From NCBI GenBank assembly GCA_031458695.1, contig JAVKJW010000005.1:1-64000 (forward strand): a stretch of DNA of 64,000 bases. Direction: 5' to 3'. The notes beneath the pieces are model-generated. The model did not search any database, was not told the origin of the DNA, and was given only the letters and a program-made list of their open reading frames with translations. Below are positions 41,701 to 49,289 of the stretch, piece after piece. The number at the start of each line of letters is the position of its first letter. The stretch's first letter is position 1. This DNA is from Candidatus Thermofontivivens primus (GTDB lineage: Bacteria; Sysuimicrobiota; Sysuimicrobiia; Sysuimicrobiales; Thermofontiviventaceae). Both the position numbers and the translations under genes were made by a program.

Positions 41701-41809
41701 AGCTAAGGGGATTCGGGCACAGCGCTTTGTGGCCACGCCAGACTTCTACCGGGCGTGCAGGTTTTGTGCTTTCAACCAGATTTGTCCTTACACCGCAGCA
41801 GGGGAGTGA
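38711..41809 (+). CDS. UvrD/PcrA-like SF1A helicase fused to a C-terminal PD-(D/E)XK nuclease with four Cys (AdnB/AddA-like)
   Basis: AGAGTGKT, TFTDKAAAEM, VDEFQDTN, VGDDDQSIYKFRGA, NYRS, TVHKAKGLEF, EERRLFYVGMTRA. Nuclease region: CPLKY...GRWDRVD...VDFKT...QLAIY...CRFCAFNQICP. Confidence 0.92.
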   Translation: MGKRRHRNLASRTRKGEESEDQLPLGLEPPSVELLHAGLPHESRVAEEPAEFLKELGELSVSRILADLNEEQRRAVTHGEGPLLIVAGAGTGKTTVITRRIAYLIATKRARPREILALTFTDKAAAEMEERVDLLVPYGYADVWISTFHAFGDRILRENALEIGLNPDFRILSKAEQIIFFREHLFDFPLDYYRPLGDPTKYVEAMITLFSRAKDEDVSPEEYLTYAEKLLAEADPTDPEAVQEARRQLEIARTYQRYQELLAKEGLVDFGDLITLTLKLFRERPHVLRRYQEQFKYILVDEFQDTNYAQFQLTKLLASRHENITVVGDDDQSIYKFRGAAISNILNFMDTYPHATQIVLTRNYRSSQLILDAAYRLIRYNDPDRLEVKNQLDKRLFAVHMEGQPVRHLHFDSLSSEADAVASIIAEKVEKGAYRYKDFAILVRSNNDADPFLRSLNMRGIPFHFSGGQGLYQREEIRLVMAFLRSLTNPYDNLSLYHLGSSPLYQIDPGDLARCLAVANRKNRSLEHIFDQLHAYEELEEVSPESRAAIAKLVEDLKEMRSFAQHHVTGRVLYEYLVNRTGYIRRLVASGNVEDEIKVANLAKFFDIVAKVAQLLRYDNVHAFVEYMDKLIEAGDDPTAAELSGPDLDAVHVMTVHKAKGLEFPVVFLVSCVSDRFPTRNRNEGLSLPDPLIKDILPSGDFHLQEERRLFYVGMTRAQKELYLTSARDYGGVRPRKVSQFVLEAMDMPKVDPEVAKASAVEAIERHAPPVVESLMGQPLPEDSPLILSFRQIDDYDTCPLKYKYIHILRVPVMRDHRVVYGAALHEAVREYNRRKARNQPMSLEELISYFERVWTNEGFVSREHEDYRFEEGRQVLRQFFLFEEGSGVTPTLVEMPFSFQLGKTRVKGRWDRVDVHGDEVVIVDFKTSDVRDTKEANRRTRESLQLAIYALAYKEVYGRLPSWVELRFLGSQQVLVGRAEPHEEYIREAIEVIEKVAKGIRAQRFVATPDFYRACRFCAFNQICPYTAAGE

Positions 41810-41886
41810 GCATATATCCCATTTCGTATAGAGAAAACGCCATTCCTACTCTGCGTGGGTATGCTTTCCGCTTCGCGAAGGAGGGG

Positions 41887-42261
41887 GTGCAATCGGGTGG
41901 GGTCATCGTTAGCCCGTGGAGGGAGGAGTTGATCCGAGCGATTCAAGAGAGGCGGATCCTCCATCTCACCTATCAAAAGAAAGGGGGATCTGTGGAGAAG
42001 TACGTTATCGCTCCATGGGATTTGGTCCCAGGAGGTGAGACAGGTGAGGAGCTCCTTGTGGCCTTTGCCTATAACCGGAACGATTTCCGCTCGTTCCGCT
42101 TGAGCAGGATCCTGAGCATCCGGGAGCTAGGAGAGGAATTCGACCCACGGGAGTTCTATCCGAGGCTCGCTACGTGGCCTCCTCGTTGGCATGTCCTGCG
42201 CGCGTGGCCCCTTCAGGAAGGCGAATATCCCGCGGGGAAGGGAGGCCTGGGAAGGGGATGA
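41887..42261 (+). CDS. Stand-alone WYL domain protein
   Basis: LIRAIQERRILHLTY...IAPWDL...LVAF...RNDFRSFRLSRI. GTG start after GAAGGAGG; stop overlaps the next ATG. The ORF extends upstream to 41755. Confidence 0.8.
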   Translation: MQSGGVIVSPWREELIRAIQERRILHLTYQKKGGSVEKYVIAPWDLVPGGETGEELLVAFAYNRNDFRSFRLSRILSIRELGEEFDPREFYPRLATWPPRWHVLRAWPLQEGEYPAGKGGLGRG

Positions 42262-43370
42262 TCAAGTTGCTCCACCTCTCAGATGTCCATCTGGGGGCGC
42301 GGTTCCAGATGCTGGGTGAGCGAGGACGAGAACATCGTCGCCAGCTGCAGGAGACCTTCGCTAGGGCCATTGGGATAGCGTGCGAGGAGCCCGTGGACCT
42401 TGTCCTCATCGCTGGCGACCTGTTCGATTCCCCCCACCAGTCAGAATCCACCATCTCCTTTGTGCGCGAACAGTTTCGCCGCCTGGAGGCGAGGGGAATC
42501 CCGTTGTGTCTGATTGCCGGGAACCATGACCCTTTCGAAGAGGGGGGCGTCTACGCGGTCGGACGATTCGAGCAGTGCAGCAACGTCACCCTGTTTGGGA
42601 CCACCCCGGGAAGCAAGGTATTCTCCCAGCTCGACCTCACTGTGTTCGGGAGCTCCCCATCCCCTGGCTCTGGCCGCAGCCCGCTCGCAGGCTGGAAGGT
42701 AGAACGGCAAACGCGCTTTGCTGTGGGCTTGGTCCATGGGAGCATCTACCGTTCAGGGCAAGTGGAAGGCCCAGCGACAATCCACCCCGAGGAAATCCGG
42801 GGTCTCGGGCTCGACTATCTTGCGCTTGGCGACTGGCACTCTTGCCAGCGGGTCCTGGGGCCGCCCACCACTGCTTGGTACTCAGGTTCCCCTGAGTTCT
42901 TAAGCCTCGACCAGGAGGGGGCGGGCCATGTTCTTTTGGTGACACTGGAGGAGCCTGGCTCTGTGCACGTCCGGCCTGTTCGTGTGGGTCGAAGGTCCTA
43001 CAAAAAAATTGAACTCGAGATCTCCGCCCTCCCTGTGGAGGAGATCAAGGCCCGGATCCTCCAGGAGGCAGATCCTGATCTCATCATGGACGTGATCCTC
43101 AAGGGGTTCATCCAGCCCGGGATCTCTATTTCAGCAGCGGAACTGGAAGAGGATCTGGGTGGGCATTTCTTCCGCTTGCGTGTGCGCAACGAGAGTTCCC
43201 TTCGGCTGGAGGACTTGGACGAGCAGGACTTCCCCGAAGGAACCGTTCTGGGGAGGTTCGTTCGCTTAATGCGAAAGAGAATGGAGGAACTAGACCCTGC
43301 AGAGCGTCCCCTCCTTGAGGAGGCACTCCAGCTTGGGGTGGGACTTTTGCAGGGGAGGGAGGTCCTCTAG
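42258..43370 (+). CDS. Mre11/SbcD/YhaO-like DNA repair metallophosphoesterase
   Basis: LHLSDVHLG, IAGDLFD, AGNHD, VHGS, YLALGDWH, YSGSPE. Confidence 0.92.
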   Translation: MIKLLHLSDVHLGARFQMLGERGREHRRQLQETFARAIGIACEEPVDLVLIAGDLFDSPHQSESTISFVREQFRRLEARGIPLCLIAGNHDPFEEGGVYAVGRFEQCSNVTLFGTTPGSKVFSQLDLTVFGSSPSPGSGRSPLAGWKVERQTRFAVGLVHGSIYRSGQVEGPATIHPEEIRGLGLDYLALGDWHSCQRVLGPPTTAWYSGSPEFLSLDQEGAGHVLLVTLEEPGSVHVRPVRVGRRSYKKIELEISALPVEEIKARILQEADPDLIMDVILKGFIQPGISISAAELEEDLGGHFFRLRVRNESSLRLEDLDEQDFPEGTVLGRFVRLMRKRMEELDPAERPLLEEALQLGVGLLQGREVL

Positions 43371-45535
43371 TGCGCCTTCGTCGCCTTCGAGTACGACGCT
43401 TTCGTCGCCTGCGGGGCTTGGAGATCACCTTCCATCCAGGTCTCAACGTCATCGTCGGCCCGAACGAGGCAGGCAAGTCCACTCTCCGCGAGGCGATCAT
43501 CATGGCTCTGTATGGGAACGCCGCGACGACCTCCCAGGCAATCCGGGAAAGCACCCGCTCCTGGGGCTCGGATCGTCCTGCGGTCCTTGAGCTGGAATTT
43601 GAGGCGGACGGGGAGGTCTACACCCTGGGCAAGGATTTCCACGGACGCAAGGTCTTCTTGCGCGACAGCAAGGGGAACAACTGGGAGGGACACGCGCGGA
43701 TCCAGAGGGAGATCGGGACTCTTCTTGGGTTTCCCAACGAAAATCTCTATCGGTCCACTGCGCATGTGGCCCAGGCAGAGCTTGACCGGCTATCCACTGA
43801 CACCCCGGATATCGCCAAGGAGCTTTCCAGGATCATCACCGGTGGAGGACAGGATGCGAACGTGGTAACGGTCCTTCACCGGCTTGAGCAAGCGATCGAA
43901 GCCCAACGGAAGGGGCTCCAGCGGTACGCCAAAGATCCGGGGCCTATTAAGCGACTGGAGAACATTGTGACTTCCCTCGAGGGGCGGCGGGCGGAACTTC
44001 TCCAGAAGGCCCAACAGGCCATCCAGAGCCGCAAGGAGATTATCGAGGTGAGCAAAGAGCTTGAACGGGCTGCAACCACACTGACCATCAAAGACAACCT
44101 TCTCAAGGTGAACCAAGAGCTCATGCGCGTTGAGAACCGCCTGCAGGAACTCAAAACACAGGAATCTCAGTTGGGAGACCGGATAAGGAAAATTCACCAA
44201 AACATCCTCAAACTTTCACAGATCAAAGAGGAGATTGCTGCGCTCATTGGGGAGGGAGAGGTTCCAGACGAGGAGACGATGCACAAGCTCCGGGAAACCT
44301 ACGCTTTTTATTCCGGCGCAGCATCGCGTGCCGAACGCCTAGCCGAAGAAGTAAGGGCAATGGAGGGAAGCCTCGCTCAGTTCCCGCGATTCGCCGGGCG
44401 GGCCGTTTCCGCTCTTCTCACCCTCGCGACAGTGAGCCTCATCGCTAGCATGGTCCTCTCCGCGTGGAGGGGGATCGTGTGGGGGGGTCTTACGGCCCTG
44501 CCAGGGGTCCTCTTTCTCCTTTTCGCTTACAATTTCTGGAAAATGGAGGAGGCGCGACGCATCGAGGAAGATCGGCTGGAAGCCCGGCGAAAAGAGCTGG
44601 AGGTCGCGCGCAGGGATGCTGGCAAGTTCGAGGAGGAAATGCGCCAATTGCTCAAGGAACTGAGGTGCAATAGCCTGGAGGAGGCCACTCGCCGGTATGA
44701 GCATTACCAACGCCTTGTCGGGGAGCAAAGAGCCCTTGCGCAGTCCCTCCAAGACCTCCAGGGGGATCAGACGGTAGAGACCTTGCAAGAACAGTATCAG
44801 GATATCCAGCGGGAGATCTTCGTGCGAACGGAATACTTGAAGAACCCAGAGGTAGCGGCGAAGCGCCTTCTCCCCCTCGAAGTGCAACACCTAGAGGAAG
44901 AGGTGGAACGTCTCAGAACCCAGGTGCGTCAGCTCGAGCAGAGGAAGCAACGGCTTGAGTGGGAGATTGAGCATTACTCCCCCGCCCTCGAGGAGCTCAA
45001 GGAGGTTGAGGAGCAGCTCGACGAGAGCAAGGAGCGCCTCCAGCTGGAGAGGAATCGCCTGCGCGTCTACGAAATGGCCTATGAAGTGCTACGGGAAGCG
45101 CACCAGCAGGTTATGGTCCCTGCCCGGGAGGTGGTCAGCTCCCTGGCAGGGGAATACCTCAAGGTCCTCACGGGAGGACGCTACCATCGCGTGCGCATGG
45201 CCGAGGATTCCCTCCAGGTGGAGGTCTGGGTGGACGAGGCGCAACGGTGGATCGCCCCCAAAGAGCCAGAATTTAGTCGTGGGGCCATCGATCAAGTCTA
45301 CCTTGCGACCCGCCTCGCGCTCGTCGAAGTCCTTGCCCAGGGGAAATCCCCGCCCCTTGTGCTGGACGACCCCTTCGTCCACTTCGACGAGGAGCGGCTC
45401 CAGGCTGCCATAGACCTGATCAGGCGGCTTTCCTCCCGTTACCAAGTGCTGCTGTTCACGTGTAGGCGAGAGTACAGCAAGTATGCCGACCACCTCATTC
45501 ACATTGACACCCTCTCGGGGATAGGGATACAATAG
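43370..45535 (+). CDS. Rad50/SbcC/YhaN-like coiled-coil ATPase with central transmembrane hairpin
   Basis: Walker A GPNEAGKST, long coiled coils, two hydrophobic helices at the centre, signature FSRG, Walker B LVLDDPFVHFD, LFTC. Confidence 0.88.
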   Translation: MRLRRLRVRRFRRLRGLEITFHPGLNVIVGPNEAGKSTLREAIIMALYGNAATTSQAIRESTRSWGSDRPAVLELEFEADGEVYTLGKDFHGRKVFLRDSKGNNWEGHARIQREIGTLLGFPNENLYRSTAHVAQAELDRLSTDTPDIAKELSRIITGGGQDANVVTVLHRLEQAIEAQRKGLQRYAKDPGPIKRLENIVTSLEGRRAELLQKAQQAIQSRKEIIEVSKELERAATTLTIKDNLLKVNQELMRVENRLQELKTQESQLGDRIRKIHQNILKLSQIKEEIAALIGEGEVPDEETMHKLRETYAFYSGAASRAERLAEEVRAMEGSLAQFPRFAGRAVSALLTLATVSLIASMVLSAWRGIVWGGLTALPGVLFLLFAYNFWKMEEARRIEEDRLEARRKELEVARRDAGKFEEEMRQLLKELRCNSLEEATRRYEHYQRLVGEQRALAQSLQDLQGDQTVETLQEQYQDIQREIFVRTEYLKNPEVAAKRLLPLEVQHLEEEVERLRTQVRQLEQRKQRLEWEIEHYSPALEELKEVEEQLDESKERLQLERNRLRVYEMAYEVLREAHQQVMVPAREVVSSLAGEYLKVLTGGRYHRVRMAEDSLQVEVWVDEAQRWIAPKEPEFSRGAIDQVYLATRLALVEVLAQGKSPPLVLDDPFVHFDEERLQAAIDLIRRLSSRYQVLLFTCRREYSKYADHLIHIDTLSGIGIQ

Positions 45536-45540
45536 CCTAA

Positions 45541-45740
45541 GGTGCACCGGACTCGTCTTCCCTGAGGGCCTGTGGGAATCCCGCCAGGGAGCTGCAGGAG
45601 AACTGCACTGGACGATGCACCAGCAAGGAAATCCTGAGACCCCCTTGCTTGAGAGTGAGGTGGGCTGTCAGGAGCGACGTACCTGAAGGGGCCCGCACAT
45701 CTCTGGGCCTATCAAAATCTCCAGGGGGCTCCCCTGGGGT
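45541..45740 (+). ncRNA. Candidate structured RNA / rny leader (unassigned)
   Basis: Six or more consecutive stems, including a three-way junction, found by eye in the intergenic region. Confidence 0.4.
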
Positions 45741-45760
45741 ACACAAGGAGGTGAACAGCC

Positions 45761-47305
45761 ATCGACCCCGCGTTGGTTTCCTACGCGATCGCGGCCGGGC
45801 TGGGGTTGGTTGGATTCCTCCTTGGATACCTCCTGCGCAGGTTCGTCGCCGAGGCGAAGATTAAATCAGCGGAAGAAGCTGCCCGCCGGATACTCGAGGA
45901 TGCAAAGAAGGAAGCGGAGGCAAAGAAACGTGAAGCGATCCTCGAAGCGAAGGATGAGGCATACCGGATCAAGCGGGAAGCTGAACGGGAGATCCGCGAG
46001 CAACGGGCAGAGATTCAGCGTCTCGAGCGACGTATTGTGCAACGCGAGGAATCCTTGGACCGCAAGGCGGAAGCCTTGGAGCGTCGAGAGCGTGCCCTCA
46101 TCCAGAGAGAGCAGGAGGTTTCAAAGGCCAGGGAGGAGGTAGAAGCGCTTCGGAGGGAGCACCGCCTTGAGCTTGAGCGCATCGCAGGTCTAACCTCAGA
46201 AGAGGCCAAAGAGCAACTGCTGCGCGAGATCGAGGCGGAGGTTCGCCACGAGGCGGCCCAGCTCATCAAGAAAGTGGAGGAGCAGGCAAGGGCAGAAGCC
46301 GACCGCCTTGCCAAGGAGATCATTGCCCTTGCCATTCAGCGGTGTGCTGCCGACCACACCGCCGAGGTTACTGTATCGGTGGTCCCCCTGCCCAACGAGG
46401 ATATGAAGGGAAGGATCATCGGTCGTGAGGGGCGGAACATTCGTACTCTGGAGACCCTCACAGGTGTGGACCTGATCATCGACGATACCCCAGAAGCGGT
46501 GACCATTTCCTCCTTTGATCCCATCCGCCGGGAGATCGCCAAGATCACCTTGGAAAAACTCATTGCCGATGGGCGGATCCACCCAGCGCGCATCGAGGAG
46601 ATGGTGGAGAAGGCGCAGCGGGAACTCGAGGCCAGGATCCGGGAGGAAGGGGAGCGTGCCGCATTTGAGGCGGGGGTCCACGGCTTGCATCCCGAGGAGA
46701 TCAAGTTGCTTGGGCGCCTCCGGTTCCGGTACAGCTACGGTCAGAACCTCCTCCAGCACTCCGTGGAGGTCGCGCTCCTGGCCGGGCTCATGGCCTCCCA
46801 CCTGGGTGCTAATGTAGCCCTGGCAAAACGCGCAGGGCTGCTCCACGACATTGGGAAGGCCCTCACCCACGAGGTAGAAGGGACACACAGCGCCATCGGG
46901 ATAGACATTGCCAAACGCTACCACGAGCCCCCGGAGGTTCTGAACGCCATCGCCTACCACCATGGCGAGGAGGAGGCCAAGTGCATCGAGGCGATCCTCG
47001 TCGCTGCTGCTGATGCCATCTCTGCCAGCAGGCCAGGCGCCAGGAAGGAGACTGTGGAGATGTACCTGAAACGCCTGGAGAACCTGGAACGCTTGGCGAG
47101 TTCCTTCGATGGTGTGGAGAAGGCATACGCTATCCAGGCTGGTCGGGAGGTCCGGGTGATTGTCAGACCCCAGGAGGTGGATGACAGCGGCGCAGTTCTT
47201 CTGGCACGCCAGATCGCCAAGAAGATCGAAGAAGAACTGGAGTACCCCGGTCAGATCAAAGTTACCGTCCTGAGGGAGACGCGTGTGGTGGAGTACGCAA
47301 AGTGA
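45761..47305 (+). CDS. rny: Ribonuclease Y
   Basis: N-terminal TM, coiled coil, KH ([13 protein letters not shown]), HD (LLHDIGKA), [11 protein letters not shown]. Start placed at the in-frame ATC after AAGGAGGTGA; alternative TTG at 45773. Confidence 0.97.
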   Translation: MDPALVSYAIAAGLGLVGFLLGYLLRRFVAEAKIKSAEEAARRILEDAKKEAEAKKREAILEAKDEAYRIKREAEREIREQRAEIQRLERRIVQREESLDRKAEALERRERALIQREQEVSKAREEVEALRREHRLELERIAGLTSEEAKEQLLREIEAEVRHEAAQLIKKVEEQARAEADRLAKEIIALAIQRCAADHTAEVTVSVVPLPNEDMKGRIIGREGRNIRTLETLTGVDLIIDDTPEAVTISSFDPIRREIAKITLEKLIADGRIHPARIEEMVEKAQRELEARIREEGERAAFEAGVHGLHPEEIKLLGRLRFRYSYGQNLLQHSVEVALLAGLMASHLGANVALAKRAGLLHDIGKALTHEVEGTHSAIGIDIAKRYHEPPEVLNAIAYHHGEEEAKCIEAILVAAADAISASRPGARKETVEMYLKRLENLERLASSFDGVEKAYAIQAGREVRVIVRPQEVDDSGAVLLARQIAKKIEEELEYPGQIKVTVLRETRVVEYAK

Positions 47306-47327
47306 AACCGGCCGGGGGATCCTCTCT

Positions 47328-48128
47328 ATGAAGGTACTCATGGTTGGCGACATCACCGGCAGGCCCGGGCGAAGGGTTCTTATGCGCTTCCTCCCCCACC
47401 TTCGCCAGAAGTTTGAGGTAGATTTCGTCATCGCCAACGGGGAGAACGCCGCAGGAGGAACCGGGTTGACCAAGGCAACAGTAGAGGAGATCTTTGCATG
47501 TGGCGTTGACGTCATCACAGGGGGGAACCATACTTGGCACCACCGCGAGATCTACGAAGTCCTCAATAGCCACCCTAGGGTCTTGCGGCCGGCAAACTAC
47601 CCTCCTGGGGCCCCTGGACGAGGATCCCTCGTTGCGCAAGGCCCCAGGGGGCAGCGGGTTGGCGTCGTCAACCTCCAAGGCCGGGTGTTTATGCAAGAAC
47701 TCGAGGATCCGTTCCGGGTAGGGCTAGAGGAGGTGGAAAAACTCCGGGAGGAGACTCCCCTGATCTTTGTGGATATCCACGCCGAGGCCACTTCGGAGAA
47801 GATGGCCCTCGCCTGGTTCCTGGATGGCAAGGTCTCTGCCGTCCTTGGCACGCACACCCATGTACAGACGGCTGACGAACGCATCCTTCCAGGGGGGACT
47901 GCTTACATCACCGACGTTGGGATGACAGGGCCGCGGGATGGAATCATCGGTATGGAGAGGGAGGAAGTCATCCAGAGGTTCCTCACCCAGCTCCCCGTGC
48001 GCTTCCAGGTTGCTAAGGGAACAGCCCAGCTTGATGCCGTTCTCGTTGAGGTTGACGAGCAAACTGGGAAGGCTCTTGCCATCCAGCGGATCCATCTGGT
48101 CGAAGGGTTCGGGGAAATGGACCCGTAA
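47328..48128 (+). CDS. ymdB: YmdB/TIGR00282 family metallophosphoesterase
   Basis: GDITGRPGR, NGENAAGG, TGGNH, DIHAEATSEK, GTHTHVQTAD, TDVGMTGP. Confidence 0.95.
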   Translation: MKVLMVGDITGRPGRRVLMRFLPHLRQKFEVDFVIANGENAAGGTGLTKATVEEIFACGVDVITGGNHTWHHREIYEVLNSHPRVLRPANYPPGAPGRGSLVAQGPRGQRVGVVNLQGRVFMQELEDPFRVGLEEVEKLREETPLIFVDIHAEATSEKMALAWFLDGKVSAVLGTHTHVQTADERILPGGTAYITDVGMTGPRDGIIGMEREEVIQRFLTQLPVRFQVAKGTAQLDAVLVEVDEQTGKALAIQRIHLVEGFGEMDP

Positions 48129-48222
48129 AGAGCGAACTCTTTGTGAATTTTGCCGGGGACCTCAGGATTTCCGAGAAGCCTCCCGCAAGCGGTGAAAGAA
48201 GTTCGCAGAGGTACTCAAGGAG

Positions 48223-49053
48223 ATGCGTGTGGACCTTCACACCCACACCACTGCCTCAGATGGGCTCCTTTCCCCACGAGCCTTGGTGGAGGAGGCTGCC
48301 CGCCTGGGTGTGGCGATCCTCGCAATCACGGATCACGATACGACCGACGGGATCGAGGAAGCACTCGAGGTAGGCAAGGAGCTGCGCGTAGAGGTTATCC
48401 CAGGAGTCGAGATCAATACAGACGTTCAGGGCGCGGAGATCCACGTCCTGGGATACTACATCGACCACAGAAGCGAGTGGTTTCAAGGGACCTTGCGTCG
48501 CCTCCGAGAGAGCCGCCTCGACCGTGCTACCAGGATGCTCGCCAAGCTGGCCAATTTGGGGATCCGCCTGGATCTCCAGCGAGTCCTCGCCCTTGCGCAT
48601 GGGGGATCCGTCGGGAGGCCCCACCTCGCCAGGGCGATGGTAGAAGCTGGCTACGTCTCCACTCCTGAGGAGGCATTCAGGCTGTACCTTGGACGAGGGG
48701 GCCCCGCGTACGTGGAACGGGAGAGATTTACCCCTGAGGAGGCGGTACAGGTCATCCTCCGCGCGGGCGGAGTTCCTGTGCTTGCACACCCGGGTCTGAG
48801 CAACCGGGATGGACTTGTGCCAGATCTCGTCTCCGCTGGCCTCATGGGGATCGAGGTCTACTATCCCGAACACTCCCCTGCGCAAGTGCAGCACTACCTG
48901 GCCCTGGCGAAGAAGCTTGGTCTCCTCACCACAGGGGGTACCGACTTTCACGGAGGCGATCTTGCCCCACGGGTCCAGGTTGGGAGCGTAGAAGTACCTC
49001 TGGAGGTAGTTACATTGCTTAAGGAAAAGGTGAGACTGGTCCGAGGCTCATAG
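48223..49053 (+). CDS. PHP domain metal-dependent phosphoesterase (TrpH/YciV-like)
   Basis: DLHTHTTASDG, AITDHDT, GVEI, HVLGY, GRPHLA, LAHP, GGTDFHG. Confidence 0.93.
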   Translation: MRVDLHTHTTASDGLLSPRALVEEAARLGVAILAITDHDTTDGIEEALEVGKELRVEVIPGVEINTDVQGAEIHVLGYYIDHRSEWFQGTLRRLRESRLDRATRMLAKLANLGIRLDLQRVLALAHGGSVGRPHLARAMVEAGYVSTPEEAFRLYLGRGGPAYVERERFTPEEAVQVILRAGGVPVLAHPGLSNRDGLVPDLVSAGLMGIEVYYPEHSPAQVQHYLALAKKLGLLTTGGTDFHGGDLAPRVQVGSVEVPLEVVTLLKEKVRLVRGS

Positions 49054-49076
49054 ATCTCGAACAGGGAGGCTTAAGG

Positions 49077-49289
49077 ATGCGTTGCCCGAAGTGTGGCACG
49101 GAGAACCCTCCTGGGAAGATCGTGTGCCGGAAGTGCGGCGTTCGCCTGAGGCCGCAGGCAACGTCCCAGGAAAGTGTGATCGGGGAGGAAGTAGTGGTGA
49201 GGTGGGTCCGTAGGGACCTTGGCCAGCTGGTTGTTGTTCTGGTCATCCTCATCACCTGTGGAGCTCTCCTGGGCTTTCTCTTCCGGTAA
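49077..49289 (+). CDS. Small zinc-ribbon membrane protein
   Basis: CPKCG...CRKCG plus C-terminal TM; GGAGG upstream; stop overlaps selA ATG. Confidence 0.78.
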   Translation: MRCPKCGTENPPGKIVCRKCGVRLRPQATSQESVIGEEVVVRWVRRDLGQLVVVLVILITCGALLGFLFR

